From Patescibacteria group bacterium (GTDB lineage: Bacteria > Patescibacteriota > Patescibacteriia > Patescibacteriales > JAQTRU01): a stretch of 64,000 nt of DNA. Position numbers and translations under genes: made by a program. This document shows, one piece after another, positions 1-8,448 of the stretch. The notes beneath the pieces are model-generated. The model was not told the origin of the DNA. It did not search any database and worked only from the letters and a program-made list of their open reading frames with translations. Every line of letters starts with the position of its first letter. Within the stretch, counting starts at the first letter, position 1. The DNA is taken from contig JAQUPG010000008.1 of NCBI GenBank assembly GCA_028716725.1, positions 3,653 to 67,652 of the forward strand, written 5' to 3'.

Positions 1-1390
1 TAACGGCGATTTTTCCGAATCAGTGGCAAAAGCCCTGGAATTAATTGAAGGCACTTTCGGCTTGGCTATTGTCCAAAAAGGAGAAAATAAGATAATCGCG
101 GCCCGGCGCGGTTCACCCTTGGTTTTGGGTTTGGGCGAGGGAGAAATGTTTATCGCCTCCGATGTCTCGGCCGTTCTGGATTACACGAAAAGAATTATTT
201 ATTTAAATGACGACGAATTGGCGATCGTTGAGAAAGATAGTTATTCGGTTAAGAATTTAAAAGGCGAGGAGGTTAATAAAAAAGTCCATGAAATAAAATG
301 GACTTTGGACCAGATTGAAAAAAAGGGCTTTAAGCATTTTATGCTTAAAGAAATTTTTGAGCAGCCGGAAGCGATTATCAATACTTTGCGCGGCCGGATA
401 AAAGAGGGGAAAATAAAGTTAAGCCTTGATTTAAATATGAATTCTTTAAAAAGAATTATCATCGTGGCCTGCGGCACGAGCTGGCATTCGGCTTTAATCG
501 GTAAGCATCTTTTAGAAAAGATTGCCGGCGTTCCGGTAGAAGTTGATTACGCTTCCGAGTTCCGTTATCGGGACCCGCTTATCAGGGAAGGCGATTTAGT
601 AATAGTAATTTCGCAGTCAGGAGAAACCGCGGATACTTTGGCGGCTTTAAGGGAAGCTAAAGCCCGCGGCGCTAAAATTCTCGGAATTGTTAATGTGGTC
701 GGTTCAACAATTTCCCGGGAAGTCGACAGCGGAATTTATCTTCATGCCGGGCCGGAAATCGGCGTGGCGAGCACCAAGGCTTTTACGGTCCAGGTTGTGG
801 ATTTATTGCTTCTGGCTTTATTTTTAAGGCAGGAGAAAGGGCTGGATTTACAGAAGGATATTATTCGTAATTTAGAGACACTTCCGGAGAAAATAAGGGA
901 AGCTTTGGGGCAATCAGATAGCATTAGAGAATTGGCGGAAAAATTTGTAAATTGCAAAAATATCCTTTATCTTGGTCGCGGCCTTAATTTTCCGGTCGCT
1001 TTAGAGGGGGCTTTAAAATTAAAAGAAATTTCTTATATTCACGCCGAGGGCTATCCGGCGGCGGAAATGAAGCATGGCCCGATTGCTTTAATTGATAAAG
1101 ACATGCCGGCTTTATTTATCGCCACTCGGGATAATACTTATGAAAAGATTTTATCCAATATGGAGGAAATAAAAGCCCGGGGCGGAGAAATTATTGCGGT
1201 TGTGAACGAAGATGATAAAAAAGTTATTGGGTTGGCCGGGAGCATTATAAAGGTGCCGTCGGTTTCTTGCGAACTTACGCCGGTAGTTAACGCCATCCCG
1301 ATGCAGCTTTTTGCTTACCATGTGGCGGACTTAAGAGGCATAGATATGGATAAGCCGCGCAATTTAGCCAAGTCGGTAACCGTGGAATAG
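1..1390 (+). CDS. glmS: Glutamine--fructose-6-phosphate aminotransferase, isomerase (2x SIS) part; 5' end cut by window edge
   Basis: Frame open to position 1; SIS motifs ACGTSWHSALIGK and ISQSGETADT; canonical C-terminus LAKSVTVE. Confidence 0.92.
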   Translation, partial: NGDFSESVAKALELIEGTFGLAIVQKGENKIIAARRGSPLVLGLGEGEMFIASDVSAVLDYTKRIIYLNDDELAIVEKDSYSVKNLKGEEVNKKVHEIKWTLDQIEKKGFKHFMLKEIFEQPEAIINTLRGRIKEGKIKLSLDLNMNSLKRIIIVACGTSWHSALIGKHLLEKIAGVPVEVDYASEFRYRDPLIREGDLVIVISQSGETADTLAALREAKARGAKILGIVNVVGSTISREVDSGIYLHAGPEIGVASTKAFTVQVVDLLLLALFLRQEKGLDLQKDIIRNLETLPEKIREALGQSDSIRELAEKFVNCKNILYLGRGLNFPVALEGALKLKEISYIHAEGYPAAEMKHGPIALIDKDMPALFIATRDNTYEKILSNMEEIKARGGEIIAVVNEDDKKVIGLAGSIIKVPSVSCELTPVVNAIPMQLFAYHVADLRGIDMDKPRNLAKSVTVE

Positions 1391-1576
1391 AAAATATGAT
1401 ACTAATATACTAATGAATGCGAATGATGCTAATAATACTAATACTCGAACGCCGCAAATACGAATTCGTATTATTAGTATCATTCGTATTTCTCTGTTAG
1501 ATGTTTAAAAATCACTAAAAATATTCGTATCAAAGTTTAATCTAAAGGTTTAAAAATAAACAAATGTGTTGAACAT

Positions 1577-2032
1577 ATGGCAAATTTAAAATATACAATT
1601 CGGGAACTCAGAGAAGAAGATTTAAATCCGGAGAAAGGATTTTTGAAGACTTTATCTAATTTAAGCAAAACCAATAATCTTTCCCTAAAAAAAATGAAAG
1701 AGATATTCAAGGAAGTAAAAGAAAAAGAAAATAGCTGTATTTTTGTGGCCATAAGCGGGGATGGAAAAATAATCGGTTCAATAAAATTAATAATTGAGAG
1801 GAAGTTTTCTCATGGCGGAAAGCGGGCCGGGCATATAGAAGACGTGGTGACCAGAAAAGGGTTTGAAAATATGGGCATAGCCAGTTCCTTAATTAAAAAA
1901 ACTCTGGAACAGGCCCGGAAGCGCGGATGCTACAAGGTGATTCTTGATTCCCGCGAAGAATTAATCTCTTTTTATAAAAAATTTAAATTTTATAAATTTG
2001 AGAATTGCTTAAGAATTGATTTTAATAAATAA
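1577..2032 (+). CDS. GNAT acetyltransferase resembling eukaryote-type glucosamine-6-phosphate N-acetyltransferase (GNA1)
   Basis: 151 aa; IIERKFSHGGKRAGHIEDVVT ... GCYKVILDSREELISFYKKFKF aligns from memory with yeast GNA1 IIERKIIHELGLCGHIEDIAV ... GCYKIILDCDEKNVKFYEKCGF. Confidence 0.65.
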   Translation: MANLKYTIRELREEDLNPEKGFLKTLSNLSKTNNLSLKKMKEIFKEVKEKENSCIFVAISGDGKIIGSIKLIIERKFSHGGKRAGHIEDVVTRKGFENMGIASSLIKKTLEQARKRGCYKVILDSREELISFYKKFKFYKFENCLRIDFNK

Positions 2033-2035
2033 TAT

Positions 2036-2779
2036 ATGGGAACAACCAAAATTGTAATCTTAGCCGCAGGCAAGGGGGTAAGAATGAATGCTTCCCTGCC
2101 TAAAGTTTTAGTGCCTTTGGCCGGCCGGCCGATAATAGAATATTTAATCCGTTCCATTATAGAATCCGGAGTAGACAGCCGTCCGATACTAGTCGTTTCC
2201 CCGGATAATAAAGAAATAATTAGAAAAGCTTTATCTGTTTATAATTGCGATTACGCTATTCAGGAAGAGCAATTAGGCACCGGCCATGCCTTAGCCTGCG
2301 CCCGTAGCCTATTTGGCCCGGAAATAAAAAACGTCATAAGCTTTTACGGGGACCATCCTTTTGTCCGGGCCGAGGCCGTGAAAAAACTGGCTGACAGCCA
2401 TCAGGGAGTTATTACCATGGTCACGGTAAAGTTGGATGACTTTGAAGATTATAAGAAAAATTTCTATCAGTGGGGCCGGATTATGAGGGGCAAAGACGGG
2501 GAAGTTAAAAAAATCGTGGAATTCAAAGACGCGACCGAAGCCGAGAAGGAAATAAAAGAGGTTAATCCGGGTTTTTATTGCTTTGACAAAAACTGGGTTT
2601 GTGCTAATATTGATAAATTGAAAAATGACAATAAGCAAAAAGAGTATTATCTGACCGATTTAGTCGGTTTGGCTTTTTCTCAAGGTGAAAAAATAAATAC
2701 AATAACGATTGATCCGCGCCAGGCCGTAGGCATCAACAGCCCGGAAGAATTGGCGATTGCGGAAAAATTGATAAAATAA
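2036..2779 (+). CDS. glmU: UDP-N-acetylglucosamine pyrophosphorylase; GlmU N-terminal uridyltransferase domain only, no left-handed beta-helix acetyltransferase domain
   Basis: 247 aa; ILAAGKGVRMNASLPKVL, QEEQLGTGHA, EFKDATEAEKEIKEVNPG, EYYLTD match the GlmU N-domain; ORF stops where the LbH domain would start. Confidence 0.8.
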   Translation: MGTTKIVILAAGKGVRMNASLPKVLVPLAGRPIIEYLIRSIIESGVDSRPILVVSPDNKEIIRKALSVYNCDYAIQEEQLGTGHALACARSLFGPEIKNVISFYGDHPFVRAEAVKKLADSHQGVITMVTVKLDDFEDYKKNFYQWGRIMRGKDGEVKKIVEFKDATEAEKEIKEVNPGFYCFDKNWVCANIDKLKNDNKQKEYYLTDLVGLAFSQGEKINTITIDPRQAVGINSPEELAIAEKLIK

Positions 2780-2917
2780 AAAAATAGATATAATAAAAGG
2801 CAAGTCCTGATACTTAGGGGTTGGCTTTTTTTACTTCTATTGACATTTAAATAATTAGTAGTAAGATAGATTGAACCCTTAATTATTAGTTCACATCATA
2901 ACAAGGAGGTTTAAAAG

Positions 2918-3406
2918 ATGTGGTCCATTTTAATTGTTCTCTTGTTTCTTTGTGGTCTAGCCGCCGTCTTGGAAGCATTTAATGCGCGGGCAACAAATAA
3001 TCTATCGGATCGGATACTCGCCTGTTTGGGCGTTATTACGTTTGTGTTCGGCACGTTTTTCGCGATTATAACCTATGATGCCTATCACACTTGGCCGGTG
3101 CGACATACTCTTAAGCTGACTGTCGTTGCGGCCCAGAAATCTATGGGTCCGATCACGTGCCAATATCAAGATGAAAAGGGTACCATTCGTTTCATCACCA
3201 TCCGTATCTTTGATATTTATCCTAAGGATGGATACACGGTTGACCAAAGGCAGCAACTTGGTCGAATAATTCTTTTCAAACCCCGGGAGATCCATACCGA
3301 TAATATACCCGGCGGAATTTCCCTGGAAGTTATTCCGGCACACTATGAACTTACCGATGAGTTTGATAGGGAAGTCGTCGACCGTCTTAGCCAGCGAGCC
3401 GTGTGA
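2918..3406 (+). CDS. Hypothetical membrane protein (2 N-terminal TM segments)
   Basis: AAGGAGG SD 8 nt upstream; own TTGACA-N16-TAAGAT promoter; higher GC than flanks; no recognisable family. Confidence 0.5.
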   Translation: MWSILIVLLFLCGLAAVLEAFNARATNNLSDRILACLGVITFVFGTFFAIITYDAYHTWPVRHTLKLTVVAAQKSMGPITCQYQDEKGTIRFITIRIFDIYPKDGYTVDQRQQLGRIILFKPREIHTDNIPGGISLEVIPAHYELTDEFDREVVDRLSQRAV

Positions 3407-3507
3407 GTGGAAAGATTTCTCTCTTAGAAGACGAGGAAGAAAAAATCAGCCAGTCCTTAAATACTTGGGGCTGGTTTTTTAATGGGTTTTAAGTCTTTTA
3501 TTTACGG

Positions 3508-3535
3508 TTGACAGAAAATATTTATATGTTAAGAT
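3508..3535 (+). promoter_or_regulatory. Near-consensus sigma70-type promoter (TTGACA-N16-TAAGAT) driving an orphan transcript
   Basis: TTGACA 3508-3513, TAAGAT 3530-3535; the same architecture recurs at about 2848, 31342-31370(-) and 37930-37958. Confidence 0.5.
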
Positions 3536-3541
3536 GTAGGC

Positions 3542-3690
3542 AACATGACGGAGCTATCGGTCGTGCGTCTGCTAAAGCGGATGAAATCCAAACGGCTGGG
3601 TAGAGTTTGACTCCCCTTTAAGCTGTTAGATAGCCCCCACTTTTAATTCGTGTGTTCCGGAACATGCAAATTATAAAGTGGGGTTTTTAT
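3542..3690 (+). ncRNA. Candidate small RNA (about 150 nt), family unknown
   Basis: Promoter-to-terminator unit with no downstream + strand gene; helix GGAGCTATC/GATAGCCC; hairpin CGTCTGC-TAAA-GCGGATG; terminator CCCCACTTT(3635-3643)/AAAGTGGGG(3675-3683)+T5; also contains an SD-less 21-codon ORF at 3545-3610. Confidence 0.35.
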
Positions 3691-3735
3691 TTTATAGGAA
3701 AAATATTTTGTATTGCGGCGGAGAAAAAAAATTAA

Positions 3736-4377
3736 TTACCCTCCCGTGAAAATATAAAGTAAGACAACTATAAATATTATGGTTAAAGTCCAGCCGATTT
3801 TTTTCTTATTATTTAAGAAACAGTAAACAATGCCGATTAAGTTTAAAGATAGGAATAAAATTAAAAGATTAAAGAATAAAAATATGCCTCCCCAAAAACT
3901 GGATAAATAATCTATGTAATCAGCGCATGGCCTCAAACCCTTAGGGCCTCCGCAGGCGGGGCCGTCTTTATAATTAGAAAAAGTATAAGCAAACAACAAA
4001 AAAGGAATGATTAAGCCCAGAAGGAATGCTTTTTTTGATTTTAAAAAGTTTTCTATTTTTTTATGGTTTTTAATAAATTCAAATATAAATCCAATGATGA
4101 AACCAATGACGAAAGCAAGGATTGAGCCGACGATAAAGAAAAGACCATAAGCTATCAGGCATTCGTTAAAGCTGCCGGTTGAGCCAACATAGTTCCGGCA
4201 TTCCCAGTTTTGGCGCGGGCCGATTATAACAGCAATAATAACACTGAATACCAACCATAATACTACGAATTTCACCCCGGTCTTTAAACAAAAAAATAAT
4301 TTTTCTCTCATAAGATTAAATTTAAAAATTTTTATTTTATACCATTCTATTGTAAAATAGTTTATTAAAAATATCAA
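3736..4377 (-). CDS. Hypothetical polytopic membrane protein
   Basis: 213 aa with several hydrophobic segments; no recognisable family. Confidence 0.45.
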   Translation of the reverse strand: MIFLINYFTIEWYKIKIFKFNLMREKLFFCLKTGVKFVVLWLVFSVIIAVIIGPRQNWECRNYVGSTGSFNECLIAYGLFFIVGSILAFVIGFIIGFIFEFIKNHKKIENFLKSKKAFLLGLIIPFLLFAYTFSNYKDGPACGGPKGLRPCADYIDYLSSFWGGIFLFFNLLILFLSLNLIGIVYCFLNNKKKIGWTLTIIFIVVLLYIFTGG

Positions 4378-4451
4378 GGCAGGGAAAGCTGTATTTGCTT
4401 TAAAATTGGCGATTTATTATAATTGAAGTACGTATTAAAATACGTACATAA

Positions 4452-4640
4452 ATGCATACTAAAAATATGGCCAGAAGGAGATTAAACCAAAAGGAAATAA
4501 GAAAAATTACTAAAAACGGGAATAGTTATTCGGTTTCTATCCCGATTGAGGTTCTAAAGGAGTTAAAATGGCGGGAGAAGCAGAAAGTTATTGTTAAAAA
4601 GAAGGGCAGAAATCTAATTATTAGCGATTGGAAAAAATAA
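4452..4640 (+). CDS. AbrB/MazE (SpoVT-AbrB fold) small DNA-binding protein
   Basis: 62 aa; ITKNGNSYSVSIPIEVLKELKW...KVIV swapped-hairpin-type motif. Confidence 0.5.
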   Translation: MHTKNMARRRLNQKEIRKITKNGNSYSVSIPIEVLKELKWREKQKVIVKKKGRNLIISDWKK

Positions 4641-4641
4641 T

Positions 4642-5145
4642 ATGGAGATAGCAATTTATATTATAATTTTATATTTTATCCTTGTTTTTTTTCTTTCCCG
4701 TTTTATTATTCCCCATCTTTCTTTCGGCCCTGACTCAATGCCCGAAAAAATTCCGGCAGAGATGGAAAAAGTAATTGAGGACCTGAAAAATAAAGTTAAT
4801 TCATCAAGGGAATTTTTAGAGCTGGCTTTTAATTATTTAGGGACAAGATATCATTCCGAGCGGCTGGCAACGGTTTTAAAGTTTCATTTTATGTTTAAAA
4901 GTCTGGAAGATATCTGGAGCCGGACCGGTTTTATTCCCTGCAATCAAAGTAATTTTTTACTGCGAATTTTTTTAGTAAAAAGCGGATGGTTTAAAGATGA
5001 AAAAATTCGGCGGAAACATTTTTTTGTTAATTTTGTCCCGCATCAGTATTTGCAAGTTAAATTAGAAAATAAGTGGCTTGATGTTGACGTCGGAGAAAAA
5101 TATCGGGGTATGCCAATCGGGAGACATTTAAAATATTTTGGATAA
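4642..5145 (+). CDS. Membrane-anchored transglutaminase-like (Cys-His-Asp) protein
   Basis: N-terminal TM; GFIPCNQSNFLLRIFLVKSGW ... VPHQYLQVKLENKWLDVDV fits the transglutaminase-core C...H...D pattern; start 1 nt after the upstream stop. Confidence 0.5.
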   Translation: MEIAIYIIILYFILVFFLSRFIIPHLSFGPDSMPEKIPAEMEKVIEDLKNKVNSSREFLELAFNYLGTRYHSERLATVLKFHFMFKSLEDIWSRTGFIPCNQSNFLLRIFLVKSGWFKDEKIRRKHFFVNFVPHQYLQVKLENKWLDVDVGEKYRGMPIGRHLKYFG

Positions 5146-5209
5146 CGACCTCTCCCCTTTCCCCTCTCCTAATTAGGAGAGGGGAGCTAGAGGGGTGAGG
5201 TAAAAATAT

Positions 5210-6562
5210 ATGCGTCAAATTTTAGACCTACATATTCATTCTAGATATTCCCGGGCCTGTTCCTCGCAGCTTAATTTATCCAGCATTGATGCCACCTGCC
5301 GGATTAAGGGAATAGATATTATCGCCACTGGAGATTTTACTTATCCGGAATGGTTTTTTAATATTAAAAGTGAATTGGAGGAGATTGATAATTCGGGGCT
5401 GTATAAACTTAAAGAAGCAAGGGATGATAAAGTAAACCCCGCACCATTTGGCAATTATGCTCAAGGCACCAAGGGTGCTATTGCCAAATGGTGCGGGGTA
5501 AAGTTTTTACTTTCCACGGAATTATCTTTAATTTATAAGGATGGTGAAAGGGTGAGGCGAATTCATATCGTCGTACAGGCGCCGAATACTGCCGCGGTGG
5601 AAGAGCTAAATAATTATCTGGATAAAAAATATAATATCCGCTCTGACGGTAGGCCGATTTTAGGCATGAAAGCGCCGGAACTGGTTAAGCTTTGCTTATC
5701 AATCCATCCCAAATTTTTAATTTACCCGGCCCATATCTGGACGCCCTGGTTCGCGGTTTTCGGCTCTAAATCTGGTTTTGATTCTATGGAAGAATGCTTT
5801 CATGACGAGACAAAAAATATTTACGCCATAGAAACCGGACTTTCAAGCGACCCGGCTATGAATTGGCGTTTGTCGGCTTTGGACAAATTAACGATTCTTT
5901 CCAACTCCGACGCCCATAGTCTGCCCAATCTTGGCCGGGAAGCTAATGTTATGGATTTGGATGAAATTAGTTATGATGAAATATATAGGGTGATAAAAGA
6001 AAAAGATTTGAATAAATTGAAATACACGATTGAATTCTATCCGGAAGAGGGCATGTATCATTTTGACGGGCACCGGGATTGTAAGATAAGATTTTCGCCC
6101 CAAGAAACGAAAAAACATAAAGGCATTTGCCCGGTTTGCAAAAAACCCTTAACTGTGGGTGTGATGAACCGGGTCAATGAATTAGCTGATCGACCCGCCT
6201 TCGCCGAGGCTACGGCGGGCAAGCCCGTTGGTTTAAATCCGCCAGCTGGGCAAGCCAAATTTATTAAATTAGTGGAACTGGATAAAATAATTGCCGAAGC
6301 TTTAAATATAAAAAGCCGCCAGTCACGTCAGGTGCAGGCGGAATATAATAGTTTAATTAAAAAGGTTGGATCGGAGATGAATATTTTATTGAATGAATCT
6401 CTAGAAAATTTAAGCAAAATGACTCTGCCAATAATTGTAAAAGGCATAGAAAGAGTCAGGGAAGGAAAATTAATAGTTGAGCCCGGATTTGACGGCCAAT
6501 ACGGGACAGTAAAAATATTTTCCGCGAAAGAAAAAGAAGATAAACAATGTAAATTATTTTAA
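5210..6562 (+). CDS. Endonuclease Q (EndoQ) family PHP-domain nuclease with Zn-ribbon
   Basis: LDLHIHSRYSRA, PAHIWTPW, SNSDAHS, YHFDGHRDC...CPVCKKPLTVGVMNRVNELADR, PGFDGQYG resemble Pyrococcus EndoQ; carries two GC-rich palindromic in-frame inserts. Confidence 0.75.
   Translation: MRQILDLHIHSRYSRACSSQLNLSSIDATCRIKGIDIIATGDFTYPEWFFNIKSELEEIDNSGLYKLKEARDDKVNPAPFGNYAQGTKGAIAKWCGVKFLLSTELSLIYKDGERVRRIHIVVQAPNTAAVEELNNYLDKKYNIRSDGRPILGMKAPELVKLCLSIHPKFLIYPAHIWTPWFAVFGSKSGFDSMEECFHDETKNIYAIETGLSSDPAMNWRLSALDKLTILSNSDAHSLPNLGREANVMDLDEISYDEIYRVIKEKDLNKLKYTIEFYPEEGMYHFDGHRDCKIRFSPQETKKHKGICPVCKKPLTVGVMNRVNELADRPAFAEATAGKPVGLNPPAGQAKFIKLVELDKIIAEALNIKSRQSRQVQAEYNSLIKKVGSEMNILLNESLENLSKMTLPIIVKGIERVREGKLIVEPGFDGQYGTVKIFSAKEKEDKQCKLF
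5436..5499. repeat. CCCGCACC-family palindromic element, in frame inside the EndoQ CDS
   Basis: Perfect 20-bp arms ACCCCGCACCATTTGGCAAT (5436-5455) / ATTGCCAAATGGTGCGGGGT (5480-5499); nested GCACC/GGTGC; encodes NPAPFGNYAQGTKGAIAKWCG. Confidence 0.8.
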
Positions 6563-6697
6563 CTCGTTGAGGTCAGATACAAACAAAAAACGCCTCAAGA
6601 TTAATTCTGGGCGTTTTTTGTTCCTCCTCGTTCGCCAAACAGATAAGCTTTAATTAATTTACGGCCTATTTGTCTGGCGAAGAGGAGCAATTTTGTT

Positions 6698-6814
6698 TTA
6701 TCTTCTCTTCCTCTTCTTTGTCGCTTTCTTTCTTTTAGCGACCTTCTTCTTAGCCGGTTTTCTTTTCGCAACTTTTCTCTTCTTGGTTGCTTTCTTTCTT
6801 TTTTTCGCTGCCAT
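6698..6814 (-). CDS. Small (38 aa) extremely basic Lys/Arg/Ala-rich protein (histone-H1-like composition)
   Basis: GGGGG SD-like run 9 nt upstream of ATG; MAAKKRKKATKKRKVAKRKPAKKKVAKRKKATKKRKRR; below the ORF-track size cutoff. Confidence 0.45.
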   Translation of the reverse strand: MAAKKRKKATKKRKVAKRKPAKKKVAKRKKATKKRKRR

Positions 6815-7158
6815 TTTAATCACCCCCTTTCTTAAGCGCAGATTATTTTGCGCAGATAAATAAAATAATAAATTTTATTTTTTTATTCCTTCCCTTTATA
6901 TTATACAAAAATATTTTTTTCTTGGCAATGATCTCTTATAATTTTCTTTCATAAAATATTTTTTTATCTTTCAATTATATTATACAGGATATTTTTTAAA
7001 TTAACAATAGTTTTTTTGATAAAATAAAAAAATAAAATAAAAAAATAAAAAACTGTCTCCACATTTTTTATTTTTTTACCCGTTTTCATATTATTTTAAT
7101 CATCTTGCCTTGATAATTTTCTTATGCTATCTTATAGGCAGATTGGATAATATTTTTT

Positions 7159-7261
7159 ACCCCGCACCTTTTAGCGAGGCATTAAAGTCCTCTCTAAAAG
7201 GTTTATTTTCTGCTTAAAAATTCCATTACAAATGGATTTTATACCCTAAAAGGTGCGGGGT
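7159..7261. repeat. CCCGCACC-family palindromic element forming most of the recA 5' leader
   Basis: Perfect 16-bp arms ACCCCGCACCTTTTAG (7159-7174) / CTAAAAGGTGCGGGGT (7246-7261); the inner CCTCTCTAAAAGG can pair with the same 5' arm. Confidence 0.75.
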
Positions 7262-7271
7262 TAGCAAAGAT

Positions 7272-8306
7272 ATGTCAAATGAAGAAAAGATCAAGGAGGG
7301 TGGTGAAAAAGACAAGCGCCAGGAAGCGGCCATGACGGCCATGGACCAGATAAAAGAGAGGTTTGGCGATGGGGCGATTATGAAGTTTGGTGAAGCGAGA
7401 AAATCCGATGTGGATGTTATCCCGACCGGCTGCCTTTCCCTAGATATTGCTTTGGGGATTAATGGGGTGCCGCGGGGGCGGGTGATAGAGATTTTCGGGC
7501 CGGAAGCTTCAGGAAAGACTACCCTGGCCCAGCATATTGTGGCGGAAGCGCAGAAGATAGGCGGGATTGCCGCCTTTATTGACGCCGAGCATGCTTTAGA
7601 CCCGGATTACGCGGCCAGGATCGGGGTGAATATAAAAGATATGCTTATCTCCCAGCCGGATACCGGGGAGCAAGCCTTAGAAATTGTGGAAACTTTAGCC
7701 CGGTCTAACGCGGTGGATATCATCGTGGTTGACAGCGTGGCGGCCTTGGTTCCGCAGAAAGAAATTGAGGGGGAGATGGGCGACCAGCATATGGGTTTGC
7801 AGGCGAGGCTGATGAGCCAGGCCTTGCGGAAATTAACCGGCGTTGTTTCCAAGTCAAAAACCGTAGTAATTTTTATAAATCAGATAAGGTTTAAAATCGG
7901 CGTTTTTTTCGGCAATCCGGAAACGACCACCGGCGGCAATGCTTTAAAGTTTTACTCTTCGGTGCGAATTGAAGTGAGGCGGGCAGCCCAGATTAAACAG
8001 GGAGACAAAATTATCGGCAACCGCGTAAAGGCCAAAGTGGTAAAAAATAAAGTGGCGGCTCCGTTCCGCACCTGCGAATTCGATATTATGTATAATGAAG
8101 GCATTTCCGTGGCCGGAGATTTGCTTGACACCGGCGTGGCTTATGGCGCCATAAGCAAATCCGGCAATTCTTATTCTTTTGGGGATGTTAAACTGGGCGT
8201 AGGCCGGGAGAACGCCAGGAAATTCTTAAGGGCGGATAAAAAATTAATGAAAGAAATCAGAAGGAAAATAATGTCGGAAGTAAAAGCGCGGGAGATGGAA
8301 GAGTGA
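7272..8306 (+). CDS. recA: Recombinase RecA
   Basis: [11 protein letters not shown] Walker [10 protein letters not shown], full-length RecA-like sequence. Confidence 0.97.
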   Translation: MSNEEKIKEGGEKDKRQEAAMTAMDQIKERFGDGAIMKFGEARKSDVDVIPTGCLSLDIALGINGVPRGRVIEIFGPEASGKTTLAQHIVAEAQKIGGIAAFIDAEHALDPDYAARIGVNIKDMLISQPDTGEQALEIVETLARSNAVDIIVVDSVAALVPQKEIEGEMGDQHMGLQARLMSQALRKLTGVVSKSKTVVIFINQIRFKIGVFFGNPETTTGGNALKFYSSVRIEVRRAAQIKQGDKIIGNRVKAKVVKNKVAAPFRTCEFDIMYNEGISVAGDLLDTGVAYGAISKSGNSYSFGDVKLGVGRENARKFLRADKKLMKEIRRKIMSEVKAREMEE

Positions 8307-8448
8307 GAGTTTATAAAGTTAAAAAGTTCATAAAGTTATAAAGTTGTTTATTTTTTTGTGTTTTCTAAGACTTTGTAACTTTTTACTTTATAAACTTTTA
8401 ACTGATATCTGTTTTAATGCTACTCATTTAATAACCGGTATTACCCTT

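Noticed and set aside
8344-8448. TTG-initiated 35-codon N-terminal extension of pyrH; likewise TTG 58626 for topA and ATG 9253 for the secreted protein
   Set aside because: The extensions encode hydrophobic or low-complexity nonsense overlapping AT-rich repeats or promoters. Conserved N-termini begin at the internal Met codons.
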